IMG/VR virus record: IMGVR_UViG_3300048578_000331
Coordinates: 1 to 56,405 of that record
Source of the DNA: a virus
Taxonomy: Duplodnaviria > Caudoviricetes
Strand: one strand, 5' to 3'
DNA length: 56,405 nt
In this document: positions 16,819 to 27,200 of the stretch, piece by piece
How positions within the stretch are numbered: the first letter of the stretch is position 1
How the letters are laid out: every line of letters begins with the position of its first letter
Program-made: the position numbers and the translations under genes
Notes under the pieces: generated by a model
What the model saw: the letters and a program-made list of their open reading frames with translations, nothing else
Database searches by the model: none
Told to the model about the DNA's origin: nothing

Positions 16819-18755
16819 CAGGCTTCAGCTCCTATCCATTTATCTGAACAACTACCATTTGACTCTTTTACCCTTGCAACGAAACCAACGGAGATCTGTT
16901 TGCGAATGGTGGCGCTTTCTATTTCCATGTTGTTATCCGTGATTTTTGTAACCTCGTTATTGTGCTGGTCACGGATAGCTACTCGGTCAGCTGCTACCAG
17001 GACAGAAGTGGGGACGTTGCTTTGACCAACGACAACGCCCTGGCTGGTTACACGAAAGCTGGTGGTTACAAGTTCGTTCAATGCCGCAAGTGCAGTACCT
17101 TGTGTATTCACCTGGTTTTGCAAGGATGTAACGCTAAAATTTACACCGTCAAAACCAATAGCATTCTGCCAGGTGGCCCCGCCGTCCTGGGTGAAGCCTA
17201 TCCCATAGTTCGTGCCATCGTAGCATCCAATCCTGATCTGCTTATTGCTGCTTTGCGGAGATATGATATAGATGTTCTGAGCGTCCCAGTAAAACTGATC
17301 ACTGCCGAGAATTTTTATCAGGTTGGCACGCAAAACGCCAGCGGCAATCGAATCCGCAACAATGCCGTTGCCGTCTATGGCTGTCCGCCATTGCCATTGC
17401 CCGGCAATCTTTGCGTTGGCGCACAGGATGCCTTGCCCGGTCAACTTTACGCAGTTGTTCCCGCCTGGGCTTACAAGAATAAGCCCGCCGTCCAGCGGGT
17501 CAGTGTCTATATTTGTCCCGGTGGAAAGGATGCGGGTTATCATCGTATCAAGTATGCCTTGCAGCAGGGACGGATTCGTTGTGGCCACGGAACCGCCGAC
17601 ATTCGCAGATTCTCGTATCCTGGCGATGCTGCTTTCGTTGATGGCGTTCCTGCTTGGCAGGTCCGGAATGATGTTCCCGACCGATACCTTGGATTTTGTA
17701 CGTTTGATGTAATTCCGGCTGAACTCGACGATGTTGGCCTCTACGGATACATTGCTTTCATCGATGATGATCTGCACCGTATCGCCGTACCGGATCGCTT
17801 CGTGTTCTTCCCTGGTCAGAGCTTCGTAGTCGATGATTGTCACAGATACAGTAACCTTGGGCTTGTTTACAAGCTGCAAGGCTTCCCAGGTCAAGCGCAA
17901 CAGCTCTGTAGGATCTTCGCAGCTTTCAAGGATGGCGACATCAAACTTAGGCTTTCCGTTCCTTCCGTAGGCGGCTGTAGCAGCAACGTCCTCTACATAT
18001 TCCTGACCAGCCGGCTTATTGGCTGGATCACCGTTAGCAGTGCTCCAAACGATGTCCTTAAAAGTAATGCGGCGCCCATATGTGGGATCTCCGCTTTCTG
18101 TGACACCAACTTCCTCGCCTTTCCCTCTACCGTATAGGGCCGTTTTCAGGTCGGCAGCTTCGACATGGTATTTATCCTTGCTGATGTCCCGGCCAATCTC
18201 AAGGCGCTTGCCACGGTTGGCACCGGCACGCTGATATACATTGACATAGCGCCCGGTGATCCTGTTGTCATCTATGGTGCATGTGAATTTGAGATAGCAG
18301 CCCCATTTTGCTTTCACCTTGGCAAGGCCGGACCAGCGCGTTTCGTAATAGTAGTTCGTGCTCAAAATGGCGGTGTCTTCAACCGATCCTACTTCCCAAT
18401 CGCTTCCCTCAAGGGCAACCTCGATGGCCATTCCGGCCATGACATCGGATGGCCGTTTATCTGTGATGACTTCATCCAACAGCTCCACCATGGCGAGGTT
18501 TTCAGCATAGATGGAAAATTCTTTGGAACTGCTGCTCTTGTCCAATGAGCGCACTTCAAAAAACTGAAACTCGTTGTCGATGTCCCAGAATCCGATCTTC
18601 ATCAATTCAGCAATATCGATCTTGCTGGAATCGATAGGGAACGTGGCATCTACTGAGAATTCATGCTCGTTATGCACAAAGTCCGTGGCATCGTCACGGA
18701 TGCCGAGAAGGACTTCATCTTTGGACAAGATATAAACATCCACGTTTATAGCCAC
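16818..18755 (-). CDS. Phage tail spike / Tal (prophage endopeptidase-like)
   Basis: TALYGRGKG, IRYGDTV and WRTAIDGNGIVAD motifs; follows the distal tail gene. Confidence 0.8.
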   Translation of the reverse strand: MAINVDVYILSKDEVLLGIRDDATDFVHNEHEFSVDATFPIDSSKIDIAELMKIGFWDIDNEFQFFEVRSLDKSSSSKEFSIYAENLAMVELLDEVITDKRPSDVMAGMAIEVALEGSDWEVGSVEDTAILSTNYYYETRWSGLAKVKAKWGCYLKFTCTIDDNRITGRYVNVYQRAGANRGKRLEIGRDISKDKYHVEAADLKTALYGRGKGEEVGVTESGDPTYGRRITFKDIVWSTANGDPANKPAGQEYVEDVAATAAYGRNGKPKFDVAILESCEDPTELLRLTWEALQLVNKPKVTVSVTIIDYEALTREEHEAIRYGDTVQIIIDESNVSVEANIVEFSRNYIKRTKSKVSVGNIIPDLPSRNAINESSIARIRESANVGGSVATTNPSLLQGILDTMITRILSTGTNIDTDPLDGGLILVSPGGNNCVKLTGQGILCANAKIAGQWQWRTAIDGNGIVADSIAAGVLRANLIKILGSDQFYWDAQNIYIISPQSSNKQIRIGCYDGTNYGIGFTQDGGATWQNAIGFDGVNFSVTSLQNQVNTQGTALAALNELVTTSFRVTSQGVVVGQSNVPTSVLVAADRVAIRDQHNNEVTKITDNNMEIESATIRKQISVGFVARVKESNGSCSDKWIGAEA

Positions 18756-19456
18756 CTTTCATTCCAGGTGATGACACCGCCAGCCGGACCGTAGATGGTT
18801 TGCTGGCCTTTTTGCAGCTGCTGGTAACGGGTCAACAAGGACACCCTTTGAGCAATGCCGTTATGCGTTGCAAGTCGCCGCGCCGTGTCAATGATGATCG
18901 TGCCGCTGGAGAAGCTTCCCATCACCTTGACTACCTTCCCGCCAATGGTCCATTGAGGGTCGGTAAGAGCTGATGAAACGTTATGGGTGATGGTCGGCCA
19001 AACCGGACCATCACCCTGTACTGTGAACTGTGTTCCTGTGTTTGCCGTAGATGGAGTTGTTTGCTCGAAATAGCCATCTGGCACCGTCATAGTGAATAAG
19101 ATGGGGTTGTACCATGTCTTTTGCGTAAGGCTCGGAAAAGCGGCAGAGAGGGCCATTAAGCGGCGTCCTGGGATTGAACTGAATGTAAGAGCCTTAGGGA
19201 CGGCCTTTTCCCCCCAGGTGCGCAGCAAGCCATAGTTTGTAAAGAACGTATCATGCTCAAAGGGAAGCTCCACAGTGATTTGTACAATCCTGGTTCCGAG
19301 GCGTCTTTCTGTGAAATCAGCACCGGCAGCACCATTACGGTCGGTGAGTGCGTTTTCGATGTCCATGGCTCCGATCTCAAAGTCGATGATGGAAATTCCG
19401 GGGACAGCCGATGAAAGCTGTACCCCGTCATAGGTGATTATTTCAGGCGCTGACAT
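18746..19456 (-). CDS. Distal tail protein (Dit)
   Basis: Position after the tape measure gene; ends ITWNERWL. Confidence 0.7.
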   Translation of the reverse strand: MSAPEIITYDGVQLSSAVPGISIIDFEIGAMDIENALTDRNGAAGADFTERRLGTRIVQITVELPFEHDTFFTNYGLLRTWGEKAVPKALTFSSIPGRRLMALSAAFPSLTQKTWYNPILFTMTVPDGYFEQTTPSTANTGTQFTVQGDGPVWPTITHNVSSALTDPQWTIGGKVVKVMGSFSSGTIIIDTARRLATHNGIAQRVSLLTRYQQLQKGQQTIYGPAGGVITWNERWL

Positions 19457-22400
19457 TGCCGTTTCGCCTCCTTGCATCTGCCGTCTTTTTTGCTTGCTTC
19501 CTGCTGATGACTGGCTCAAGGATCGTACCAGCCTTCTCACCGTCGATATTGGCTGCAATCTCAGGTGCCCTGTTCCATATGGCATCTGCAAGCTTGTCAT
19601 AGTCGATCAAGTCTTTGTCGCTGGTATCATCGACGATCTCATAGACGCTTGTGAGTTTGTCATCCCGGCCTGCAGTCAGGTCTTTGCTCTTATCAGAGAC
19701 CGTGGCCTTGACATCTGCCATGATGTCGGTATTTTCTGCTGCCTTGCCGATTCGCCTCATGGCCTTTTGAACATCGTCTTCTGTGGCTTCGATACCTACA
19801 GCGACGCCCAGGCCCATGGGCTTACCAATGACATCACGCAAGAGCTTGGAAGGGGATGCAATGCCGAGGGTCTTTTTTATCCCGCCGACGATGCCGGAGA
19901 AGAACTTCTTTGCTTTGCTGGCGAAGGTTTCTCGCTTGTCTTCCATGCCCTGCATGGCACCTTCGACCATGTTGCCACCGATACCGGCAAGCAACGTAGA
20001 TGGGCTGTGGATACCAAGGAAATCCTTTATGCCTCCGACGATCCCATCAAAGAAGTTCTTTACCTTCTCGCCGATCCAGGAGGCAAGGCTTGTGATGCCT
20101 TCCCATAACCCTTGAACCAATTGAGCACCGACATCGAATAACCCGACAGTAGCTTTGCCGATCCCTTCAAGGATCGCTGTCACGATCTCCGGAAGGCGTT
20201 CCACAAGAACAGGTATAGCTTCGATCAGACCGCCAGCCAAAGCGACGATAAGATCAACGCCAGCCGTGACAATCGTGGGAAGGTTATCGGTAAAGAACGT
20301 AACCAGGGCATCTATGATTTGGGGAAGTGCATCGACTATGGCATCTATGATCTCTGGCAATGCACCGACTAATGCCGTAAGGAGCGTAATACCTGCATCG
20401 ACGATCTGCGGAACCGATTCCGTAAGCGCCGCTGTGATGGCTGAAAGGATTTGCGGCAGCGCGGCAACGATTGTGCTTATAATTTGCGGAAGGGCCGAAA
20501 CCAGCGCAGTCAAAAGCGTGATGCCCGCCTGCACTATGGTCGGCAGGTTATCTGTGAGGAATCCAACGATAGCCTGGATGATGCCTGGCAGAGCGGCGAC
20601 CAGCGTTTCTATGACAACAGGCAGTGCTTCCACCAGGGCATTGAAAAGCTGAACCGCTGCCTCAAGAAGCAGCGGTAGGCTTTCCGTAAGGAAAAGGGTT
20701 ATGGTATTGATGATCTGCGGCAAGGCGGCCAATAGGGCTTCCATGATGGCCGGGAATGCATCTACAATGGCCATCAGGAACGTTATGGCTGCCTGTATGA
20801 GCACTGGGGTCTGCGTAGTGAGGAAATCAAGTATCGCCTGTATGATGGTCGGAAGCAGCTCCAGGAGCATCGGCAGCGCGTTAAGGATGCCTTGCAGCAA
20901 AGCCATCAGCAGCCCGACGCCGGCTTCAACGATCGCCGGAAGCGCTATGGTCAGCGCCTCAACAATTGCGGTGATGATCTGCGGAAGCGCAGTGACCAAC
21001 AGGTCTATTACCGTGGGAAGCGCGTCGACGATTGCCATCAAAAGTGAAACGCCTGCCTGTATCACAACGGGAAGGTTTTCAGTGATGACGGTGACTATCG
21101 CGTCTATGATTGACGGAAGCGCTTCTACCAGAGCGGCGATCACTGTGGGCAGCGCGTTCACGATCGCCATCCAGAACGATATGGCGTTACGGGCCAGTGC
21201 CGGGACGTTCTTTGTGAAGAACGCTGTGATGGACTGAATGAGCGCGGGTAGTACGGCCCTGATCGAATCCAGTACAGCCGGGAGCGCATCTACAAGCGCC
21301 TGAAAAAGCTCCACTGCCGCAGAAGTTATAGCATTCTGCGAATCAAGCAAAAATGTTGTGATGCTGCTTATAAGCGAAGGAAGGGCTACAAGAAGCTGCC
21401 GGACGATTCCGGGGATTGCCTTCACGATTCCGCTAAGTAGTGTTGCTGCCGACTTTGCAAGCTCCGGCCCCTTATCAGTCAGGAATTCCACAATTCCGGC
21501 TATAATTTCTGGCAGCGCATCTACGATAATAGGCAGCGCCGCCATTAACCCATAAGCGATTGAGTTTATGAGGCTCATTCCAGCGTCGAACAGGGCAGGA
21601 AGCGCATCGACAAAGGATTGAGCAAGGCCTACTATGAAAGTTGCCACCTGTGGAAGAAGCAAAGGCATTTTGGTTGTAATGCCGTAAGCAAGTTGTGTGA
21701 TAAGGTCTATGCCGCCTTGGAGTATCAGTGGCAGAACGGTCATGATGCCATTGACAAGGAGCGATCCTACTTCTACCAGAGCACCAGATATGGCCGGCAT
21801 GTTTTTTGTCAAGCCTTGAATGAGGCTTGATATTACGCTGATGCCCGCGCTTATTACAGTCGGTGCAAACGTGGTGATCTTTGTAACGATCTGCGAAAGG
21901 ACATCACCTATAGCTGACGCAAGCCCTGCAAAGCCCCCCTCCTGGAATGCCTTTGCAAGCTGGCCCAGCATGCCCGTTCCTTCTTGAACGATGCTCCTTA
22001 GGGGCTCTTGGACATTTTCATAGAACATAATCCCCAAGTCTTCCAATGCAGACTTGAGCAGTTCTATATCGCCCTTCAGGTTGTCTTGCATGGTGGCGGC
22101 CATGGCTTGCGCCGCGCCGTCAGCATTGTTCATAGCCTCAACAAGCGTATTAAAATCTGCATCGCTTGAGTTCGCAATGGCAAGCAGGCCGGCCATGGCC
22201 TCCTGGCCACCAAGCATTGCGGCGTAGGTTGCTCTCTGCTTTTCGTTAAGCTTACTAAAGCCCTGGCGCATATCGCCCATTATCTCAACAAAGGGCTTCA
22301 TATGTCCCTTTGAATCGGTCAGGCTTATGCCCAGCTTTTTCATGGCAGCTGCGCTTTCCTTCGTGGGCTTCGCCATTCTGGTAAGAGTAGTGCGCAGCGC

Positions 22401-23030
22401 CGTGCCGGCGTTTGATGCCTTTATGCCGGAGTTGGCCATCAAACCGATGGCCACTGACACATCTTCAACGGAATAACCTAACGCGCCAGCAACGGGAGCG
22501 ACATACTTGAATGTCTCTCCCATCATGGCAACGTTAGTATTGCTCTTGTTGGCCGCCTGGGCCATAACATCCGCGAAGTGCCCGGCTTTGGATGCTTCCA
22601 TGCCGAACGCTGTCATGGCGTCCGTTACGATGTCGGATACCATGCCAAGGTCTTCCCCTGCCGCAGCCGCAAGATACATGACGCCGGGTAGGCCGTCCAG
22701 CATCTTTTGCGTATCCCAACCGGCTTGAGCCATATACTTCAACGCCTCTGCTGAATCTGTGGCGCTGAATATGGTTGTGGCACCCATTTCCTTGGCCTTC
22801 GCAGTAAGCTTTGCAAGGTCATCTCCGACAGCTCCGCTGATTGCAGATACTTCGGACATACCTGCTTCAAAGCTCATACCTACCTTGAGCGCATATGTAC
22901 TCGCAGCAGAAAGAGCCGCCGTAATAACTGCCATACCTTTTACAGCGGCTTTGCCCATGGATGCCAGTCCGGAATGAAAACCGGATTGGTCAATCTTGGT
23001 ATCGATATTGATAGAGCCATCGAATCCCAT
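19443..23030 (-). CDS. Tape measure protein
   Basis: TP901-type core (FEAGMSEV...TIFSA), periodic LP.I repeats, LGIHSPS. Confidence 0.93.
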   Translation of the reverse strand: MGFDGSINIDTKIDQSGFHSGLASMGKAAVKGMAVITAALSAASTYALKVGMSFEAGMSEVSAISGAVGDDLAKLTAKAKEMGATTIFSATDSAEALKYMAQAGWDTQKMLDGLPGVMYLAAAAGEDLGMVSDIVTDAMTAFGMEASKAGHFADVMAQAANKSNTNVAMMGETFKYVAPVAGALGYSVEDVSVAIGLMANSGIKASNAGTALRTTLTRMAKPTKESAAAMKKLGISLTDSKGHMKPFVEIMGDMRQGFSKLNEKQRATYAAMLGGQEAMAGLLAIANSSDADFNTLVEAMNNADGAAQAMAATMQDNLKGDIELLKSALEDLGIMFYENVQEPLRSIVQEGTGMLGQLAKAFQEGGFAGLASAIGDVLSQIVTKITTFAPTVISAGISVISSLIQGLTKNMPAISGALVEVGSLLVNGIMTVLPLILQGGIDLITQLAYGITTKMPLLLPQVATFIVGLAQSFVDALPALFDAGMSLINSIAYGLMAALPIIVDALPEIIAGIVEFLTDKGPELAKSAATLLSGIVKAIPGIVRQLLVALPSLISSITTFLLDSQNAITSAAVELFQALVDALPAVLDSIRAVLPALIQSITAFFTKNVPALARNAISFWMAIVNALPTVIAALVEALPSIIDAIVTVITENLPVVIQAGVSLLMAIVDALPTVIDLLVTALPQIITAIVEALTIALPAIVEAGVGLLMALLQGILNALPMLLELLPTIIQAILDFLTTQTPVLIQAAITFLMAIVDAFPAIMEALLAALPQIINTITLFLTESLPLLLEAAVQLFNALVEALPVVIETLVAALPGIIQAIVGFLTDNLPTIVQAGITLLTALVSALPQIISTIVAALPQILSAITAALTESVPQIVDAGITLLTALVGALPEIIDAIVDALPQIIDALVTFFTDNLPTIVTAGVDLIVALAGGLIEAIPVLVERLPEIVTAILEGIGKATVGLFDVGAQLVQGLWEGITSLASWIGEKVKNFFDGIVGGIKDFLGIHSPSTLLAGIGGNMVEGAMQGMEDKRETFASKAKKFFSGIVGGIKKTLGIASPSKLLRDVIGKPMGLGVAVGIEATEDDVQKAMRRIGKAAENTDIMADVKATVSDKSKDLTAGRDDKLTSVYEIVDDTSDKDLIDYDKLADAIWNRAPEIAANIDGEKAGTILEPVISRKQAKKTADARRRNGNVSA

Positions 23031-23085
23031 ACAGTTCACCCTTTCGCGGCGATCTGCACGGCTCAATGGCTCAATGTGCTATAGG

Positions 23086-23265
23086 TTATTTCACTTGCTT
23101 TCCGGCATGGATAACCAACTCAAAAACTTCTTTGCACCCTCTGGTGCATTTCAGCCAAACGCCATGGCATTCGGCGGTATTGTCGTAAATCGTAACCTTT
23201 GCACCACAGTGTGGGCATATTGCCCAATCCTTACGAAGTGGGGGTTTTGGCAATGTTTCGTTCAT
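23086..23265 (-). CDS. 59-aa zinc-ribbon protein (Com-like); absent from the ORF track
   Basis: Manual translation ...WAICPHCGAK...VWLKCTRGCKEVFEL; ATGA overlap with the Gp15-like stop. Confidence 0.7.
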   Translation of the reverse strand: MNETLPKPPLRKDWAICPHCGAKVTIYDNTAECHGVWLKCTRGCKEVFELVIHAGKQVK

Positions 23266-23864
23266 ATTCTGCCTCCGAAAACAGCGCCGGCCGCCATTAC
23301 CTTTTCTTCAGATGATAGCATAGACGGCAACGCATATTTGGCCTGGAGTGAGGCATATCGTTTTCGCTCAGCGCGGTTCTTGATCTGTGACAGATCAGCG
23401 CCGCGGTAACCCATGATCTTGCTGATCTCACATTCTTCATCGAGGCCTTTGAACAATGCGGAGAACTTCCACCAGTGGAGATCGTCTTCAGAAAGGTCGA
23501 TTCCATACTGCTGTACGAACGCAGCATAGATCAGAGGAGCGTCAATGTCATAGTCATAGATTCGCTTTGTGAAAGAGGGGTTTTTGTCGTTTTTCTTTCC
23601 CTTTTTCTCCTTAGCTTCCAGTCCACATCGATAAAACCAAAGGACCGCTTCCGTGGCTTCCTCAATGTTTCGGGGTAGATCGTCGATAAAGAACAGCCTG
23701 AAGGTCTCCTGAAGCTTTTCCTTGTCTGATATTTGGCTGTCAATGATCAACTGCTCAAAAAGTATTCCTGTCCGGAAGCTGGTGGAAATAGGGAAAACCC
23801 TGCCGTCTACCACAAGGGCATCCGGCAGGGCATCGATCAGTATGTTGCAAACTGGCTGGATCAT
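23262..23864 (-). CDS. Gp15-family tail assembly protein
   Basis: YDYDIDAPLIYAAFVQQYGIDL...LHWWKFSALFKGL. Confidence 0.85.
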   Translation of the reverse strand: MIQPVCNILIDALPDALVVDGRVFPISTSFRTGILFEQLIIDSQISDKEKLQETFRLFFIDDLPRNIEEATEAVLWFYRCGLEAKEKKGKKNDKNPSFTKRIYDYDIDAPLIYAAFVQQYGIDLSEDDLHWWKFSALFKGLDEECEISKIMGYRGADLSQIKNRAERKRYASLQAKYALPSMLSSEEKVMAAGAVFGGRI

Positions 23865-24325
23865 TGTTTACCGCGTGCCGCAGCTCTACGCTGTGCCCGG
23901 TTGGAGTAGCGGTCGATGTATGCCTTGCTTTGGGCATCCGATGCTTCCTTTTGCCGTCCGATGAACTGCAAGAGGTTATCATATGCCGCCATGCAAAGCC
24001 GGACGTTGTTTTTTCCACCGGTGATCTTGTCATAGGCTCCATCACCGAGAAGGCCATCGAACAGGTCTTTGAACATGGTGATGTAATGCCGCAGGATGGT
24101 AGAATTGTTGCCGGTCTTGGGTACCGCCTTTTCAGCTTTCTCCATTTTGTCAAAGCATGTTTCATAGCGTTCCGCTACATCGACATCCTGAAGATCAAGT
24201 TCAAAGCGATACCCATTGTATTCCCATTCCGTGGGACCAAGGACAGCAGTTTCTTCGTTTTCCATGTTATCTGCCGGCTTGGTTTCCACAGGGGTGATTT
24301 GGCGCACAGGCTCATTTTTGCTCAT
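23861..24325 (-). CDS. Tail assembly chaperone
   Basis: Between major tail and Gp15-like genes; ends NRAQRRA. Confidence 0.75.
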   Translation of the reverse strand: MSKNEPVRQITPVETKPADNMENEETAVLGPTEWEYNGYRFELDLQDVDVAERYETCFDKMEKAEKAVPKTGNNSTILRHYITMFKDLFDGLLGDGAYDKITGGKNNVRLCMAAYDNLLQFIGRQKEASDAQSKAYIDRYSNRAQRRAAARGKQ

Positions 24326-24349
24326 GGTGTTTATCCTCCGTATTGATGG

Positions 24350-25048
24350 TTAAGCTTCAACCAGGCCAGTAATGGCCGAGGCAAGGCTTGTGGATGCGGT
24401 GTTCACCTGGACCTGAGTGGCGGTCGCGTTGTTGGCTGTTGCTACAGCAGCGGCCAGGGCAGTTTCAAGGGTTGTCCAGGAGCCAGCCGTATAGTCGGCC
24501 TCCGTGAGACCGTAGGCCTGCACGATCAGCGCGTTTAGTGTGGATTTGTTGGAAACGGTGACAGCGCCTTCGACAAACGCGGAACCATCCCAGGTGCCTT
24601 CTACCGGATCGCCGACAGCGCGGAAGTTGCCGGTATAGATCAGGGCGTCGGTACCGTCGCCCTTTGTATCGGGCACGATAGCGTACATACGCTTGTAGGC
24701 TCTGTACTTTGTGGTGGGGCTTGTTGAAACAACCTCAAATTCGTTGACAGAGAGGATTTCCACCCGAGCATCGGAGCCGATCAGCTCACGGTCGGTCACA
24801 AGTACGATACGGGCGGCAACGGGATCCTCGCTGTGAACGTCAATGCTGTAGGCAACAGCCGGGGAATAGCCAACAACGTCCGTGCGTTCACTGCGCTCAT
24901 GGATATATTGACGTGAATATTCCTTGGGGTTCTTGGATTCGTTCAGGGCTGTAAATCCTTCGCCCATCAGAGTCCAGATGGGAACAAGCGTGGTGCCCAG
25001 GTTCATGAGGGATTTCCACGACGCCCTTGCAACAAGAACATTGGTCAT
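24350..25048 (-). CDS. Major tail protein with C-terminal FIVAR-like helical domain
   Basis: MGEGFTALNESKNPKEYSRQYI; YTAGSWTTL..A...ATQVQV..A...L..AI.GL. Confidence 0.8.
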   Translation of the reverse strand: MTNVLVARASWKSLMNLGTTLVPIWTLMGEGFTALNESKNPKEYSRQYIHERSERTDVVGYSPAVAYSIDVHSEDPVAARIVLVTDRELIGSDARVEILSVNEFEVVSTSPTTKYRAYKRMYAIVPDTKGDGTDALIYTGNFRAVGDPVEGTWDGSAFVEGAVTVSNKSTLNALIVQAYGLTEADYTAGSWTTLETALAAAVATANNATATQVQVNTASTSLASAITGLVEA

Positions 25049-25052
25049 GGGG

Positions 25053-25475
25053 TCAGCCTCCTTGCTTGTACTGAAGCGAAAACACAGCCATGAGATCAAC
25101 CATCCCATTATCGTGTTCCGCTGCTGTCGTAGGGGTGGAAGTGTTCTCCACCTTGATTGCCTGCCGGTTGGCTCCCATGGCTGGCAGTGTGGCGGATTTC
25201 AGGTGGTCACACAGTTTTTCAAGGGCTTGAAACCCTTGGAGCTTCAATTGAGTGTCCCGGCCATCTACCCTTGCGTATACGGCGAACGGGTATCGGCCGA
25301 TGAAGCTCCCGTTCACATATTTTCGTTCAACCGGATTACCGGCAAGGCTCTGCATCATCATGGCAGGAGCTGACTTGTCCAGCGATTCGGGCTTTACGGT
25401 GGCGATCTTATCCGGCCATGCGTTCAGCACAGAAAGGACATATTTTGAAACGGCAATATTATCAACTTCTGACAT
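25053..25475 (-). CDS. Tail terminator / head-tail joining protein
   Basis: Position; ERKYVNGSFIGRYPFAVY. Confidence 0.6.
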   Translation of the reverse strand: MSEVDNIAVSKYVLSVLNAWPDKIATVKPESLDKSAPAMMMQSLAGNPVERKYVNGSFIGRYPFAVYARVDGRDTQLKLQGFQALEKLCDHLKSATLPAMGANRQAIKVENTSTPTTAAEHDNGMVDLMAVFSLQYKQGG

Positions 25476-25479
25476 GGTA

Positions 25480-25821
25480 TCACCTCACAGTAATCATGTT
25501 GGCGCCGTTGATCCAGTCTTTCTTCTTGATGGCCTTGGCTTTTTCAAACCATTGGGAAGACGCCTGGGGGTGTTTTGCTCTGGAGAAGTTTGCCTTCGTT
25601 GCGTAATAAACCTTTTTGGCATATGGCGCATTGTAGACAACCTGTCCGCTGCCGATGTTCGTTCCGTTCTGTCCGGACCTCATGAGCTGCCCGGTACGCA
25701 TAGGCACATAGGGGGCGCAGTCCTTGAGCACTTCATTGTCAAGGAATTTCTGCGCTGAAAGGAACCTGGTGGAGAAGCGCTCTTTTGTGTACGCTGTGTT
25801 CATGACCAGCTTTGCATTCAT
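25480..25821 (-). CDS. Minor capsid / head-tail joining protein (A118-like)
   Basis: PYVPMRTGQL...YNAPYA...WFEKAK. Confidence 0.8.
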   Translation of the reverse strand: MNAKLVMNTAYTKERFSTRFLSAQKFLDNEVLKDCAPYVPMRTGQLMRSGQNGTNIGSGQVVYNAPYAKKVYYATKANFSRAKHPQASSQWFEKAKAIKKKDWINGANMITVR

Positions 25822-26237
25822 CGTGCATCAACCTTCCAGCGCCACATTCGCTTGTTACCAGCCTTGCACCTGCGTACCGATATGATCCTGAATGCCTCCG
25901 CTGTCTGAGTTGGCCTGGCAGCCATTGTCACACCTGGAACGATGTAATCTGTTTCGTCGCCTTTCAGTGTCCAGGCTTCATCTTTGTTGGTCAACAGTTT
26001 CCAGACCTCCGGCTCCAGGTAGGGTTTCTCCTTGCTATCTGCATCGACGGCCAGAACTTTGCTGTCGAAAATGCTTAAGCTCAGCGAGTTTGCCGGGGAA
26101 TCTCCCTGCATTCCCCTGGTCACGACACAATAGACGCCGATCAGGGTGGTTCTGTGGAACACTCCACTGCCGCTTTGTGATTCCCCGTCCTGGTTGAACA
26201 GCGTCACTGTATCCCGGATCATCCGGCTAGTGGCCAT
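25818..26237 (-). CDS. Head-tail adaptor / head closure protein
   Basis: DTVTLFN...WTLKGDETDYIV; position. Confidence 0.6.
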   Translation of the reverse strand: MATSRMIRDTVTLFNQDGESQSGSGVFHRTTLIGVYCVVTRGMQGDSPANSLSLSIFDSKVLAVDADSKEKPYLEPEVWKLLTNKDEAWTLKGDETDYIVPGVTMAARPTQTAEAFRIISVRRCKAGNKRMWRWKVDAR

Positions 26238-26649
26238 ACCGTTGGCTGATGCGGTCTGCGAATACGCATCTTTGCATCAGGGGCGTTTTGCGCAGCCAGG
26301 CCAGCGCCATGGGCGACACAGGGATGCCGCCAACCGTGGGCCTGTTCATCATGGACTGTTGATTCGCAGAAATCGAATACCCATCAAGCGATTCGCTCTC
26401 GCCATTGGCGATAGGGGATATGCCGTTGATTGCATCTTCCCCGCCTTGGCAGTATAGGTAATCAGCCTGATACGCCGTGGCTTTCTTGATTGCTTTTTCA
26501 TGCTCTGCCAGCACTTCAGCAGTGATTGGGGTTTGCACTACTGAATCAATGATGTCAGATGCCCTTTCAGCAATTCTGGGGAAATCGCTGTCAGGAATTT
26601 CGCTTCCGTTGAAATCCTGCTTGTAGTATGTCAGGTCGATGTAGGCCAT
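26227..26649 (-). CDS. Head-tail connector protein
   Basis: MAYIDLTYY...RASDIID...ESLDGYSIS. Confidence 0.75.
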   Translation of the reverse strand: MAYIDLTYYKQDFNGSEIPDSDFPRIAERASDIIDSVVQTPITAEVLAEHEKAIKKATAYQADYLYCQGGEDAINGISPIANGESESLDGYSISANQQSMMNRPTVGGIPVSPMALAWLRKTPLMQRCVFADRISQRYGH

Positions 26650-26664
26650 TTGATCACACCCCTA

Positions 26665-27135
26665 TCATTGACCCTCTTTATCGCCCTTTTTTGAGGCTTG
26701 TTTGCCATCTTTGGCTGTGGTGGTGGGATTGGATGGGGTTTCATCCTTGGAAGCTTGTGGGTGGTCATATGGGGCTTGTTTGAGGCCGTTTACGATGGCA
26801 TAGAACTCATCACGTTCTTTTTTGAGCTGATCGTGTTCGTCCAGGAGCTTTTTGTGAACATGGTAGAGCGTCTCATGCTCCGTATAGAGCCTATCGGCCT
26901 CACTACGAAAGTGATCTCGGTCCTTGAGCAGTTCGTCATGCTGCTTCATCAGCGCCATGTGACTGGTAGTGATGGAATCAAGTTCGGCCTTGAGCTGTGC
27001 ATAGCTCTTGGGGGATTCCTGCGGGAGACTATCGCCGGTCTTCGGGTCGATCTCTTTCCACCCTTGAGCTATCAGGCTTCTTGCCTGGATGTCATCCACA
27101 GCAATTTCCTGATTGCCCTTTTTCAAAAGTGACAT
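26665..27135 (-). CDS. Hypothetical head-associated protein with coiled coil
   Basis: Follows the major capsid gene; heptad-repeat segment. Confidence 0.6.
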   Translation of the reverse strand: MSLLKKGNQEIAVDDIQARSLIAQGWKEIDPKTGDSLPQESPKSYAQLKAELDSITTSHMALMKQHDELLKDRDHFRSEADRLYTEHETLYHVHKKLLDEHDQLKKERDEFYAIVNGLKQAPYDHPQASKDETPSNPTTTAKDGKQASKKGDKEGQ

Positions 27136-27155
27136 CGTTTTACCTCCCTACAAAA

Positions 27156-27183
27156 CATAGAGGCGGATTGCTCCGCCTCTATG
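27156..27183 (-). terminator. Terminator after the major capsid gene
   Basis: CATAGAGGCGGA/TCCGCCTCTATG stem then TTTT. Confidence 0.7.
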
Positions 27184-27200
27184 CTTGATCGTTGGATTTA

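Noticed and set aside
16962-18137. Long plus-strand ORF (and similar ones opposite TMP, scaffold and DUF932)
   Set aside because: Antisense shadows of well-supported minus-strand genes; no motifs
23262-24325. Programmed frameshift between tail assembly chaperone genes
   Set aside because: The genes are joined by an ordinary stop/start overlap and no slippery site was identified
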